Below are positions 1-14,300 of a stretch of DNA of 64,000 nt, piece by piece (within the stretch, counting starts at the first letter, position 1; the number at the start of each line of letters is the position of its first letter). The stretch covers positions 185,380,001-185,444,000 of the forward strand of contig NC_042998.1 of the NCBI RefSeq assembly GCF_006345805.1. Direction: 5' to 3'. The notes below the pieces were generated by a model, which saw only the letters and a program-made list of their open reading frames with translations, made no database searches and was not told where the DNA came from. A program made the translations under genes and the position numbers. This DNA is from Octopus sinensis. Taxonomy: Eukaryota.

Positions 1-220
1 AAATATATTTTTTAAACTCTTAAGAATATAAAAAAAAATTAATAAATCACAAACCACCAGCAGAAGACAATGCATTGAATCAATCAAGCAATAGAACATA
101 ATATAACATATATGTGTTTGATAAGTGTCATACATGAAACTATTAGCCTTCAAGTCACTTTGTAACTTAATGCCAATTATCCTCATCATTTAACCTCCAT
201 GTCCCAGGCTGGCATGGAAA

Positions 221-772
221 ATCTTGCCCAGGATATTAATCTCCTGGAAGCCGTTCAGCGACGTGCAACCAAGAGAATACCCTCCATCAGACATTTGCCA
301 TATTCTGAACGCCTTACTTCCCTGGGCATGGACACATTGAAACTTCGACGTCTGGCAGCTGACTTGGCAGACACCCATAAAATTATTAACCAGCTTACAA
401 ACAATAACTCTGAGCACCTTTTCAAACTCCACCTGTCTAACACCCGTGGACATGTTTACAAAGTCAGAAAACAGCACAGCTCCCATGACTTTCGGAAACA
501 TTTTTTCACGCTAAGAGTTGCTGAAGCATGGAACAAACTGCCGGCATCAGTTGTTAGTTATCGGAGCACTGCATCCTTCAAAACTTCCATGCTTCCTGAG
601 ATTCGCCAACACTACACCTGATTTTCTCCCCTCCATACACACACAAGCATGTATCTGACTCATACACTGTTCACTTTCCAGACATTTGTACATTACTGCA
701 TATGCTTTATACGCACTTTTGACAAGTTGTGGTGCACCTGAGCACTGTATACAATAATTTCATTATTATTAT
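221..772 (+). mobile_element. 5'-truncated CR1-type LINE 3' end
   Basis: ORF LEAVQRRATKRIP...LRRLAADL...TRGHVYK...[14 protein letters not shown] is a typical CR1 ORF2 C-terminus; 3'UTR ends in (ATT)n. Confidence 0.85.
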
Positions 773-860
773 AGGGAGATACAGATAGATAAGAATGAGG
801 TAGTGATATGCAGAAAGAGACAGAAAAAGATGGATATAATGACGATTGGTTTTCACTTAC

Positions 861-953
861 ATTTGCCATGAACTGCTCCACCAACTAACTGAGGAACAAC
901 ATTCACCATTTCATTGATCAAGCTGGGACATTTCTTTAATATATATTGTTTAT
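861..953 (-). CDS. SEC63: SEC63 exon 11
   Basis: [31 protein letters not shown]; 93 nt; donor gtaagt. Confidence 0.95.
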
Positions 954-3900
954 CTGAAATAAAAGAAATATTTGTAATTTAATACAAACAGATTTTTTCA
1001 AAATAACTGGAAACAGTTTTGCTTTAATTTAAACTGCCTTTGGTTTCATTATCAAGCAATAATCTAAAGATTGAAATAATATATTTTTTAAAGTAATAAT
1101 CTAAAGCTCAAAATGATATTTAGGTTATTGCAGCCTTCCATGCTGACATAGGTTGTACAGTCTGGCAGAACCCAACAAATCTGAGGGTCACATTGTGCTT
1201 CAATGTCTGCTTTGGCATAACCTCAATGGTTGAATGCTCTTACTAATGCCAACTACATGACCAGAAGCAGTGAATTATAGTACCTATCTACACCCTGTAG
1301 ACGGGACCATTTTTGAATTCTTTTCCCAACAGACTGGCACGAAGTTACACACTCCAACCTCTGACAGACCAACATATTATTTCCTCCCTCTGCCAATTCT
1401 ACTTTTTCTACCAAAGCCTAGCCAGGCTCATGGGCCCGGTTTCTCGGTTTCAATAGCATATGTGTTCCCCAGCTGGACGGGACGCCAATCCATCGCAGCA
1501 TTACTCATTTTTGCAAGCTGAGTGAACTGGACCAATGTGAAATGAAGTGTTTTGCTCAAGAACACAATGTGTCGCCCGGTCAAGGAATCGAAACCACAAT
1601 CTCACGATCATGATGCTGACACCCTAACCACTAAGCCACACGCCTCCACTCTGCCATTTCTACTGTTACACTCCCAGCTCATTTATTTCTCCTTATCCCA
1701 CCACTCATAATTATGCCCAAACCTGTAAGACCCACACCTGCCATTTATATCCAGTGCCCCCACACACCTACCCTAACACCAGCTCTCTAGAGTTCCCTCC
1801 TAGCAGCCAACTTTGAATTGATTAAGAATGACATTCACTGTGACAATTTCACCAGTCTTGGAAGGCCTGCAAAGACAACAGGTGCAGCCCCACTTCAAAC
1901 CAATACAGTGAATAACAAAAGCTGAAAATTATGAACATTAAGCTTTTAAGGATAGGACAAAATACATGCAAAAGCAATTTTGAACATATAACATATGGTT
2001 GGTTCAAGTAGTTCTACAGTTTAGTAGTAAGAAGGGTATGCCCTTCCAACTGCTAAACAACAGCAGAATTAGTAAAAAATAAATTGATGGAAGCAGAAAT
2101 ATAGTGCTTTGAGACAAGACACAATACAATTGCTGTAGTAAAATCTGAATTCCTGATCTTGTGCTCAGTGTTCCTGTCACAAAATCTTGAATTCATTCAT
2201 GGCATCATGTCAAGAACGGAATGTCATTCATATGGATGATATAAATAACTTCAGTTGTGTGTGTAGCTTACCTATCTCCAGTGAGTCCGCTGGAAGACTT
2301 TTCCGTGCCATATGAGCAAACAACAACACTCTGGCCTTAATACTGTAAGGGAAGCACAGTGGTCGCTCTTTATTGTTTTCACCCAAATTGCTTAATTCTC
2401 GCATCAGCTGTGCAAATAAAAAAAATTAAAAACTCATATTCAAGCACCTCTTTATGAGACTATGAAACAAAAGTTAGCCATTATATATACATATACGTAG
2501 ATATTTTGCAAACAACTTGCACATGCAAGTGTTACCATTCAAGTACTCCACATACTGGAAGCCAGTAAGTGTATGGGGTCATCAGGAGAGAATGTGCGCA
2601 GTTTCAGGGCCAGCCTCTCAACAACATCAATGTGCACCACCCCGCCTTACTGATATGAGGCCCTGCTTGCTAGATCAACTGGTTATTAAATACAGCTCAA
2701 TATTCTTCTAGCCATCGCACATCATCTCTGGCATGGGTTAGATGGTTTGACTTTACGTTGTGAGTTCAAATTCCGCCGAGGTCGACTTTGCCTTTCATCC
2801 TTTCGGGGTCGATAAATTAAGTACCAGTTACGCACCGGGGTCGATGTAATCAACTTAATCCGTTTGTCTGTCCTTGCTTGTCCCCTCTGTGTTTAGCCCC
2901 TTGTGGGTAGTAAAGAAATAGGTTTGACTGAGGCCTGGTGAGCCAGAAGGCGGCACCAGGGTCCAATCTGATCTGGCAAAGTTTCTACAGCTGGATGCCC
3001 TTTCTAACACCAACCACTCAGTGTAGTGGGTGCTTTTATGTGTATGTATATATATATAAATACACACATGTTTTTCATCACCCAAATTATTTGCGAATAT
3101 GAAAAATAATCTGTTTCAAAAAGACATCTTTTTGATCATCTGGGTCGTTCTCACACCATAAAAGTTGCACAAATCACAACTGTTTCCTCACATGAATAGA
3201 GATATATTGAATTAAGGGTTAGCCATTCGTAGACATACAGGAGAAATAAAAGAAACTAGATCACTGCAAGCTGTAAAATGGTTGCATTCTCTACCTGCTG
3301 CTGACATATTTTTTCCTTCACACCACAAGAAAGTACCTGACTCTAAATCCCAAGGTTAGTCAACCAAGTGGCCATAGAGTAAAATACTTGGTTATCTGAT
3401 TTTATTTCAGGCAGTATAGTCATTTCTATCACAGAATTTTGAATTTTCTATATATGTTCTGGTAAATATTTCTTGGTGCTTTCCTCTCAAAGGAATCCTT
3501 ATCAGTATTATTGTTCTGCTTGTAGATTTATCTCACTGCTTATCATCGTTTAATGTCCGCTTTCCATGCTAGCATGGGTTGGACAGTTCGACTGGGGTCT
3601 GGGAAGCCAGGAGGCTGCACCAGACCCAGGAGGCTTATGTGGGGGTATATCACATTAACTACAAATAATTTAAGCATTGTATCATTCACCAACACTATAT
3701 CAATAAAATTTTCTAACATTTTCTACAAGTTTACAAATACATCTTTTTATCTAACAATACAAAAAAAGGAAAAAGTGTAAAAAGAATTACAAAATTCATT
3801 TCACCAGACTCCTGCCACTACAACATCACTAGCTTCAAGTAACTTATGCTCTTAGTAATGCAACAACTTCTAGTAAGCTTTGTACCACATCCACCCAAGC

Positions 3901-6900
3901 CCACCAGATAAAAACCATTCTCCTGCTTTTCACCCACATATTTTCTCTATAAACATCAAAATACAGCAGTTCAAGCTAAACGTTAATTGCATCAACTTCA
4001 TCCAAGAGGGATGTCTTACAAAGGTTACCAGTGAGGTTCTTTGTCTTCGTCCAACTAAAACAATTATACAAACAATATAGCAGGTATTAAATCCAATGAT
4101 AAAATTATTCAGACAATAGAGTTAAGTGTCTTTTCCATCGACATAACACACTGGATATATAAGTATATATAATCTGATACATACAGCAGGAAGTTCCTCG
4201 TTGTCACTTGGCCGCTCCACAATCTCAGCATTGTGCAATCTGTCATATTCCCAAGAGGAAGCCAAAATCATAACAACACCTTAAAAAAAAATTTTAATAC
4301 ATCAGAATATAACCAATTTTGTTATAGTAAATTATTTAAAGACAAACAAAACATCTATCTTTTTATGCAATTCGTTTATCACTGTAGATAAAATGACTGA
4401 ATGGAAACGATAAAAAAAATGATCATTTGTTCTTAATTGTCATTAAAGATTGGATGTTACATAAACAGGCTTCTTATTACACAAACATTACATGGATTCA
4501 CTGAAGCTCCGGCATCTGGCGACGGACTTGGTAAACACCCACAAAGTTATCAACCACCTCACCAACAACAACACTGAACACCCTTTTGATCTCCATGTGT
4601 CTAACACACGTGGACATGCCTACAAAGTCAGAAAACAACACAGCTCCCATGACTTTCGGAAACATTTTTTCACGCTCAGAGTTGCTGAAGCATGGAATAA
4701 ACTGCCTGTGTCAGTTGTTGACTGCTATGACACTGCATCCTTTAAGGCCCTCATGCTTTCCGAAATCCGCCAAAACTACACCTGATTATATATACACTTT
4801 AGATGAGTTGTAGTGCACCTGAGCACTGTACACAATTATTATTATTATTATTATTATTAAACTTGCAATAGAAAGATAAGCAACTTTTATTATTATGCTA
4901 AAGTAGTCATTACACGGTTTCAAATGAAAAGTGTCTAATAGAAAGACGGGAATTTTAGCAGTGTATATAAACAATGAAACAGAAGCGTGTCTAAATAGAA
5001 TAGAGAATTAAATGGTGATTATGTAAATGATTTCGTAAATATACCTTGATCTAAAAAGTTTGATGCACTGAGGTTATTTACAACTAAAGGTATAATACAG
5101 TACAATACATAGAGATAATATAGAATACTCACGTTTAAGATGCATGCTTGGTGTCTTGTTAAAGAAATACAGATATAAATGGGTAGTATCAAGTAAAACT
5201 TGATCAGCACTGAACTTGATTGAACGGTACCACCATACACCCTGCAGATAGATAGATAAATATATTTATATATATATATATATAGTAATCCCATGCCATA
5301 TTGTGGTTCACTTATCGCACACATAGAACATCACGGTTCATCTATCACACACTCAGTATAATGCAGTTCACCTATCACACACTCAGTACATCATGGATGT
5401 GGAGGCGCAATGGCCCAGTGGTTAGGATCGCGGTTTCGATTCCCAGACTGGGCGTTGTGAGTGTTTATTGAGCGAAAACACCTAAAGCTCCACGAGGCTC
5501 CGGCAGGGGATGGTGGTGATCCCTGCTGTACTCTTTCACCACAACTTTCTCTCACTCTTACTTCTTGTTTCTGTTGTACCTGTATTTCAAAGGGCCGGCC
5601 TTGTCACTCTCTGTGTCACGCTGAATATCTCCGAGAACTACGTTAAGGGTACACGTGTCTATGGAGTGCTCAGCCACTTACACATTAATTTCGCGAGCAG
5701 GCTGTTCCGTTGATCGGATCAACCGGAACTCTCGTCGTCGTAACCGACGGAGTGCTTCCAACATCATGGATATTTCTGGCTAATATATGTAAATTTATAT
5801 TGCAGGCTCCTCAATATATCATGAGTTTCTGCAGCCGATAGGTATTTATATATTTCTTTTTTTTTTTTGCTTGTTCCCAAGCCCAAAGTTCTTTCCATGT
5901 GATTTTGCAACTGACCACATATTCCTCCCATCTTGACTACATTGCACCAAACGTGCGTTTCATCTTTCTTTTTCCTCTTTGAGACCATTCCATCCCAAGT
6001 CATTATAAACGGTATTATTTTAACCTAAAAGGCGGCGAGCTGGCAGAAACGTTAGCACACCGGGCGAAATGCTTAGCAGTATTTCATCTGCCGCTACGTT
6101 CTGAGTTCAAATTCCGCCGAGGTCGACTTTGCCTTTCATCCTTTCAGGGTCGATTAAATAAGTACCAGTTGCGTACTGGGGTCGAATTAATCGACTTAAT
6201 CCGTTTGTCTGTCCTTGTTTGTCCCCTCTTTGTTTAGCCTCTTGTGGGTAGTAAAGAAAAAGGTATTATTTTAACCTTATATCCATTCATCTGTTTAATT
6301 TCTTTAGCAAGTCTATTATACTTTTGTATTTTTGTCATTTTGACTTCATTCAGTTTTTTTTCTTCTTTTTTGTCGTTGTTATTCCAATTTCGGTTATTAT
6401 GGTTTCTTTTCTTTTGTGGTCAAATATTGTAATATCGGGATTATTGCTTTCTATATGGTTTGGTGTTATTACTGGACTATCTACTAAAACCTTAACCTTT
6501 TCACTTGTTATCTTTTCTATTTGCACATTTCTGAGTTTCTGGCTTTTTTGATGTTATATTGCTGTAGTAGGTTCGCAAAGATTGTCTTGGTTATCTCATC
6601 GTGTCTCTCTCTATATTTCGTATGTGCTATTTTCCCACATTGTATTGCCATATGTTCAATATTTCCTTTGTTTTTCACAATATCTGCACACCTTTTTTCT
6701 TTCATGGTAGTTGTTTGTCTTGGGCCAGATATGACCAGTTTAAACACTTAAAGGGTTAAAGTTATTTCACTTCAGTTTTGTCACTTATATCTTTGGAAAT
6801 GGATTGGGTATCAAAATTCTCTTTACCCTTCTCTAAAAGATCTTTCATGAAATATCAACCTGGAAAAAAAAACAGGTCTTTCTGAGACACTAAGATAGAA

Positions 6901-8288
6901 TTAAATCAGTAAGAAATATAAAACTTACCACAATGAATGGTAATAGTATCATGAACACCAGACCATAAACAGCAAGCACCTATTAAAAGTATAAACAGAA
7001 GTTTATTTTTTATAAATCATTAGAAGTTTATCGGTATTCATAATATCACATTAATCAACAAAATATCTAGTTTTATGTCTTTCATTCCAGCATGAGATGC
7101 ATTATTCAGCAATTTGTATTTTTAACAATTTCTGTTACTCTTTACTCTTTTACTTGTTTCAGTCATTTGACTGCGGCCATGCTGGAGCACCGCCTTTAGT
7201 CGAGCAAATCGACCCCGGAACTTATTCTTTTGTAAGCCTAGTACTTATTCCATCGGTCTCTTTCGCCGAACCGCTAAGTGATGGGGACGGAAACACACCA
7301 GCATCGGTTGTCAAGCGATGTTGGGGGGACAAACACACACACATACACATATATATATATACATATATACGACAGGCTTCTTTCAGTTTCCGTCTACCAA
7401 ATCCACTCACAAGGCATTGGTCAGCCCGGGGCTATAGCAGAAGACACTTGCCCAAGATGCCACGCAGTGGGACTGAACCTGGAACCATGTGGTTGGTTAG
7501 CAAGCTACTTACCACACAGCCACTCCTGCGCCTAGTTAGTCATTAAGTTTGTCATTAAGTCTTAATTGGAAGAAGCAATTAAGAGATATTCACCTAAAGG
7601 CACAGGTATGGCTCTGTGGTTAAGTTTACATCTTTACCACATCGTCTCAGGTTCAATCACATTGTGCAGCACCTTGGCAAGTGTCTTCTACTGTGGGCCT
7701 GAGACAACTAAAGCCCTGTGATTGGATTCAGGACACAGACACTAAAAGACGATTACTGTATATATAATGCAGGTGTTTAACCTTGTGTTAACACCATGTG
7801 ATGGTTGTAAATGAGCACCATTATCATACAAATAATGTTGTTTGTTTCCAGTCATCCACGGAAAAAAATGTCTAGCCATGGGGAAATATTACCTTACTCA
7901 GAAACAGGTGAGGGTTAGCAACAGGAAGAGCATCTAGTTGTAAAAAATCCACCTCAACAAATTCTATCTGACCCATGCAAGCATGGAAAAGTGAATGCTA
8001 AATGATGATGAAATCGTCTGTTTAATGTTAGAACTCAGGCAGACCAATTATACTAATTTGCAAATCTGTGCTGATGTAAACAAAGAACGTGACCGCATGT
8101 GTACCGCTGGCGATTTTTTTCCCTCCGTCTTCCCTTCTCTGGATCTTTCCTTTTCCTATGTTCCTGACGAAGAGCTCCGCTCGAAACATTAAACCCTCCT
8201 TCCGTTCCTTCCTGAGCGTCCAATAATACTATATTTGTTCCACGTCCTCGCGTTGTTGCGTTTTCTTTTTGTGTTTTCATGTTTGGAT

Positions 8289-8324
<36 letters not shown>

Positions 8325-11300
8325 GAGAGAAGATTTTTTCTCAAAGAGTTAAGACTGAGAAAAGAACCTTTTTTAGAAAGTCGAAAGACACTAACAATTG
8401 GAACTCAGAAAATAAATGGTTGTAACAAAACCTAATGACCTTTGCCCAACACTCAATTTTGCCATCCCCCAATACCACCATCCATACAAAATACTATACT
8501 TACCCACACAGAATTTTCTCTTTCAACAATCCATTTTGGTAAAGCAATACCAAATCGAGTAACTAGTAAAAAAACATAGAAATTTGGATTTAATTTTTTC
8601 AGTAATTATAGTTATTCTAGAAATCTTCAAAAGGCAGTCAAAACGGAAAAGTATTCTATTTATTACTCTTCAATTTAACAATTAAAACAAAAATACTCAA
8701 TTTTAGAGATGATTACTTCAAATAATTAACACTTAATCTCATACACATATTTCAGTTACAAAAACCAGATATAAAGTAGGTTATGCTAAATTAGTATTTA
8801 TATAAGAACATCTTGATTTAACACCATAAATTTCACAGTAAGTTTGGTTTACAATACAATAATATAACTCCACAAATATTGATAAACTAAATTTTTTATA
8901 CTATATACCTCCAGGACCATCAGGATTGCCATATTCTTCCCAGTTCTTACGTGATTCTTCATCTGTTAATCTAAAAGACAAAATTTTTTAATTAATTTAC
9001 ACAATAGGCGCAGGAGTGGCTGTGTGGTAAGTAGCTTGTTTACCAACCACATGGTTCTGGGTTCAGTCCCACTGCGTGGCACCTTTGGCAAGTGTCTTCT
9101 ACTATAGCCTCGGGCTGACCAAAGCCTTGTGAGTGGATTTGGTAGACGGAAACTGAAAGAAGCCCGTCGTATATATGTATATATATATGCGTGTGTGTAT
9201 ATGTTTGTATGTCTGTATTTGTACCCCCAACATCGCTTGACAACTGATGCTGCTGTGTGTTTGTTCCCGTCACTTAGCGGTTCGGCAAAAGAGACCGATA
9301 GAATAAGTACTGGGCTTACAAAGAATAAGTCCCGGGGCCGAGTTGCTCGATTAAAGGCGGTGCTCCAGCATGGCCGCAGTCAAATGACTGAAACAAGTAA
9401 AAGAGTAAAAGAGTAAAGAGTAATGAAAGAAGTATATTGATATTTTCTTTCACCTTGCATTTAAGAATTTTAAACCATGTTCTCAAAAAAATCAAAAAAA
9501 AATCAGTTATCTTAAAAGTTTTCATCCAAAATACAATTATTTTTTTAATGTGTTTAAAAGCAAATCTTGAATTGAAAAGAATTTTCTGATTATACTATTT
9601 ATGGTCTATTTTCACATACTCTTTACATTCTATTATTAAGTTATACTTACGCAGCATATGCCTTTGCTATCCGCATAAACTTTTTTGAATCTCCAGACTC
9701 TCTGTCAGGATGGTATATTAAACTGAGTTTCCTAAAGGCCTTTTTGATGTCTGCTGTGCTTGCCGACTTTAAGTAAAAAAAAAAAGGAAAAAGAAATTTA
9801 TTCCAATGCCATTAAATAATTATCAAAAATATATAATCCAAATATCAAGTGAAGACTAATAAAAAAAATGCAATTATTTTTTCCCTTCTTTAATGATTTG
9901 GTTGGAAGGAAGAAGCCATGCCCAGGGACCCTTGCAAATCATTTAAGACTAGTGACAACTTGAAAGAAAACATGGACAGAGAAGAAATTCCTGAGAGTTG
10001 AAGTTCAGTGGAGAAAGAGTTGGCAAAAGTGATTACTGTGGTACCTAGAAGACGGAGATAATATAATTGACAAGGGAAGTAGAGATGAGTGAATATGAAC
10101 CTGGACAGAAATGACACAAAAGTAGTTAGCTCCATGAGGTAGAATTCACTAGTAGTTTAGAAAAGACAGAGAGAGGATACAGAATGCTTGTAGGTGAAAG
10201 ATAATAGCACGTCTATGCTAATCAATCAGGCAGCCAATTATTGGATGTTAGCTAGAATGTTCACAATTCTATCATCAACATCAACTCGGATGTGAGAGCA
10301 GTATTCTACTATAGGTCTCACCCGAACATTGTAGAGAATTAATAGCTGTTGGGAGTATTTTACAGCATAAAGAGCAACTTTCTTTATGTTGTGAGTGTGA
10401 GTCACTAGGAGAGATAATCAGTATGTTTGTTTGTTCCTTCTCGAGCCATGCCTGGCTCATAAGGGCCGGTTTCCCGGTTTCCTTGGCATATAGGTTCCCC
10501 ACCTGGACAGGAAGCTGGTCCGTCGCAGGTGAGCTGCTAGATGCAGGAGGAAAGAGTGAGAGAAAGTTGTGGTGAAAGAGTCAGCAGAAGTTTGCCATTA
10601 CCTTCTGCAGGAGCCACGTGGAGCTTACGTGTTTCACTCATAAACACACACATCGCCCAGGCTGAGATTCGAACCCGCGATCCCTCGACCACGAGTCTGC
10701 TGCTCTAGACCATGTGCCTCCACACAGATAATCAGTGATAGTGAGGTCTAGTATTTGTAGCATATTTTAAGTTGTATGTTATCCAGTGGTCAGTTACAAA
10801 CTTGTTTCTTTCATAAATGCTGTGATTGCATCTTTGTCCAGTTAAAAGACAATATTGACAAACATTCATTGAGAAAATGTTTTTGAAGTCTTCTTAGAGT
10901 CATTGCAGGTTCCACATGAGAATGAGCATCGTTAGAGTAATGACAAGTAGGTCTTTCATACACAGAACTAGCACTATGACCCAGCAGCGCCGGCTCATAG
11001 TGCTAGTGCATGCACACATACACGCGAGTACTGTCCAAATCTCCGACCAATCACATACAGCTAGCTGGCATTTAATTGGCGTATCAAGTTTCGGGCATTT
11101 TGATTGGGTTTTGGATAGAAAATTCACAAAAAAGTCATTTCTATTGATTTTTTAATGGCTTTGCGGGGTGACTGGGGAAATGTAAAGATGTGCACGACCA
11201 TCCTTGGACGGTTTTGAATGACCATAGAAAGTGCGAGCCCTCTAACTGAAAAATTGTGGATTTGTATAAAGGACACACACACAAACATTTTGCTGTTTAT

Positions 11301-14300
11301 ATAGAGAGAGATGAAGACTTTCACGGACATAACTAAAGTTTAGGCCACATCAGAATCAGAGAGAGCCCAATGCACATATATTGTAATGATGTAATCTAGG
11401 CAAATATTTTCCATACTTGCTAATCTTTGGAACAGCAATAAAATATCCTCCTTAAGTTTCCTTACTTATTTTACAAAAAGAAGAACACTCAGGTAATGCA
11501 CAATGCAATTAACAATGCCCAGTGAGCTTGGTCGAGTAATCAATAGAATTTGAAGCACCCATCTCAATTTTATTTGTTAGAGTAGTACCAAATCATCATT
11601 TTCAAGACAATCAAAGGGGTGTCTAAATCATTAACTCCCAAACTAATAAAAATTCATTAAAATGATATGATTAGTTGACAAAGAAACCAAGAAAGAAATT
11701 TATTTAACAGACTCAAACTAGCAACTGGTTAATAGCAGCTTTCAATGGCTCAAAACTTGGGTAATAACTATATTTATAGGTAAGTGTGGGCAAACATAAT
11801 GAAGAGTCAAAAATTATTCTTGATTAACTGAAAGATGAGGGGCAAAAAAAACTAATAATTATTTTTTTTTATTATTATTAAAAAAGAAGGGAGATAACTC
11901 CAAATGTAACTTAAAGAGTGAGTCTGTTTTGTTTTGGTTTTTTGGCAGTTTCAGTGACAAACCAGAATATTTTAGTTTTACCAGCTCTAAGAATGATAGA
12001 GAGAGTATAATTTTTGTGTGAAAGTTGTTTATTGATGAAGCAATTTAAAATAATGACGCTGGAAAATTTCCTAGGGATGCCTTCTGCATGAAGGATGTAT
12101 AGCTAATTTATTTAGATTGATATTCTATACAGCTGCTAACTTAAAATTTTGTTTTAGCTACAGAAGTGCATTTTACAGTTAAATGTATTAACAGATAATA
12201 GAAGACGGGTCAGACCTGCATGCTAAAAATGTATTAGTGGTTAATTTAAAAGGCTGTTTGGCACATTTAACACGAGAAAAAATTTTACAATATATTGCAA
12301 TATTATTCACATAACTAATTAAAATGCTAGTTAAAATTGGTATTTAGAGGACCGATTGCAGAAGCCACCCAATTGTTTGTTAAGCATCAAACAAATTACT
12401 TTTGAGACACTAGTAATTATAACAGTGTATAATTGCAAAAGCTACAAAGTGTACAAACATGCATGTGAAACAGAAAAAAAAAACAGCTGTAAATATACTA
12501 AATGTAATGAGTAGTTCTGGGTTGAAGACATAGAAAATTTGAAGTTGCATATAGGTGCATGCATGGCTGCGTGGTTGAGTAGTTTGCTTCCCAGATTAAG
12601 TCGTAGTGCAAGGTACCTTGGGCAAGTGTCTTTTACTATCTCACCTGGCTTACTAAAGCCTTGTGAGTGTATTTGGCAAACAGAATCTGAAAGAAGCTCA
12701 TTATGTACGTGTCTCCTTGTCTTGACATCACTTGATAGTTGTAAATGAGCAACACCAATATACAAGTAGTGACCTTCATTTCCAGTCAGCTATAAAACCA
12801 TGTCTTGCCATGGAGATACAATACCTTATTTGCAAATAGGTAAAGGTTAGTGACAGGAAGCACCATCCGATCGTGGCCGTTTGCCAGCCTCGTCTGGCAC
12901 CTGTGCCGGTGGCATGTAAAAAGCACCCACTACACTCACGGAGTGGTTGGCGTTAGGAAGGGCATCCAGCCGTAGAAACATTGCCAGATCAGACTGGAGC
13001 CTGGTGCAGCCTTCTGGCTTCCCAGACCCCAGTTGAACCATCCAACCCATGCTAGCATGGAAAGCGGACGCTAAACGAAGATGATGATGATGATGAAAGG
13101 CATCCGGTAGAATAAAATTTATGTCAACAAATTCCATCCAACCCATGTAAGCAGGGAAAACTAGATATTAAAACAATAATGAGGCAGTAAACTCACCCTG
13201 TCAACACTCAACTCAGTGAAAGGATCATACTCAACATAATCCATCTGGCTCATTGAAACTTTGTAAAGTAACAAGAAGAAAATAATCCATCCCATAGCAA
13301 GTCCAATGTTACTGAAAAACAAGAGAAAAAATATTTCTTTTAATATGTCATTAAGTAAGATAAAGACCAAAATATTAGAAAATAGCAGAAAGATGACAAA
13401 TGATGCGACATCGACTGAATAGTGAAACTGGGGTAAGAATCATGAATTCCTTAACCCTTTTGTATTCAGATTATTTTATCAAATGTAACGTTTTTTTTCA
13501 TTGACATTGTTTATAATCAATCATGCTTTATTTTATAACTATAAAGTTTTCATGATGAGATTATATATTTCTGGAATGGCATTGAAGGGTAAGTGTGATA
13601 GGTTGGATCTGACTAGTTAGAACATAAAGCAGGTAGAATATTTGGGCCTGTTTAAATACTAAAGGGTTAAAGACAGCAGAGATAAAGGAACTATTGCTGG
13701 CTACGTATGTCTGCCAAAACATTACATATAAGAGATGATTTAATAATACATTTTGACATCTCATTAAGTTACAACTGGACTGGGTTACTTGAATGTACAT
13801 AGGTCTAGACTTAGCTTTTAAATTAATGGTAGTAAATAACATAGACAAAGCTGTAGAAACATTGCCAGATAAGACTGGAGCCTGGTGCAGCCTTCTGGCT
13901 TCCCAGATCCCCGGTCGAACCGTCCAACCCATGCTAGCATGGAGAACGGACGTTAAACAATGATGATGATGATGAAAGTAACAGAGTGATGAGGGGAAAT
14001 TAGATAGAATGTGTAATGGGTAGAATTGCATATCCCCTATTGGCCAGCCTAAGAGGGGCAGGTGAGATCAGGTCCTGGCAGAGAGCACTCAAAGCCTTAC
14101 ATCCTAAGGAGAGGCCAACTACAAGTCAATTGAAGGAGTTGTCATCATCATTGTTTAACGTCCGCTTTCCATGCTAGCATGGGTTGGACAATTTTGATTG
14201 AGGGCTGGTGAACCAGATGGCTGCACCAGGCTCCAATCTTGATCTGGCAGAGTTTCTACAGCTGGATGCCCTTCCTGACGCCAACCACTCCGAGAGTGTA

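Noticed and set aside
199-621. 140-aa ORF as a host gene
   Set aside because: It is the C-terminus of a 5'-truncated CR1 ORF2, with a second copy at 4492-4785.
5399-5460. tRNA genes at SINE heads (also 6027, 9005, 50163)
   Set aside because: A/B boxes are present but there is no complete cloverleaf, and each continues into a repeated SINE body.
7097-7546. Many 60-170 aa ORFs in the supplied track
   Set aside because: They are translations of SINEs, the (GAT)n element or microsatellites and recur at each copy; there is no coding signature.
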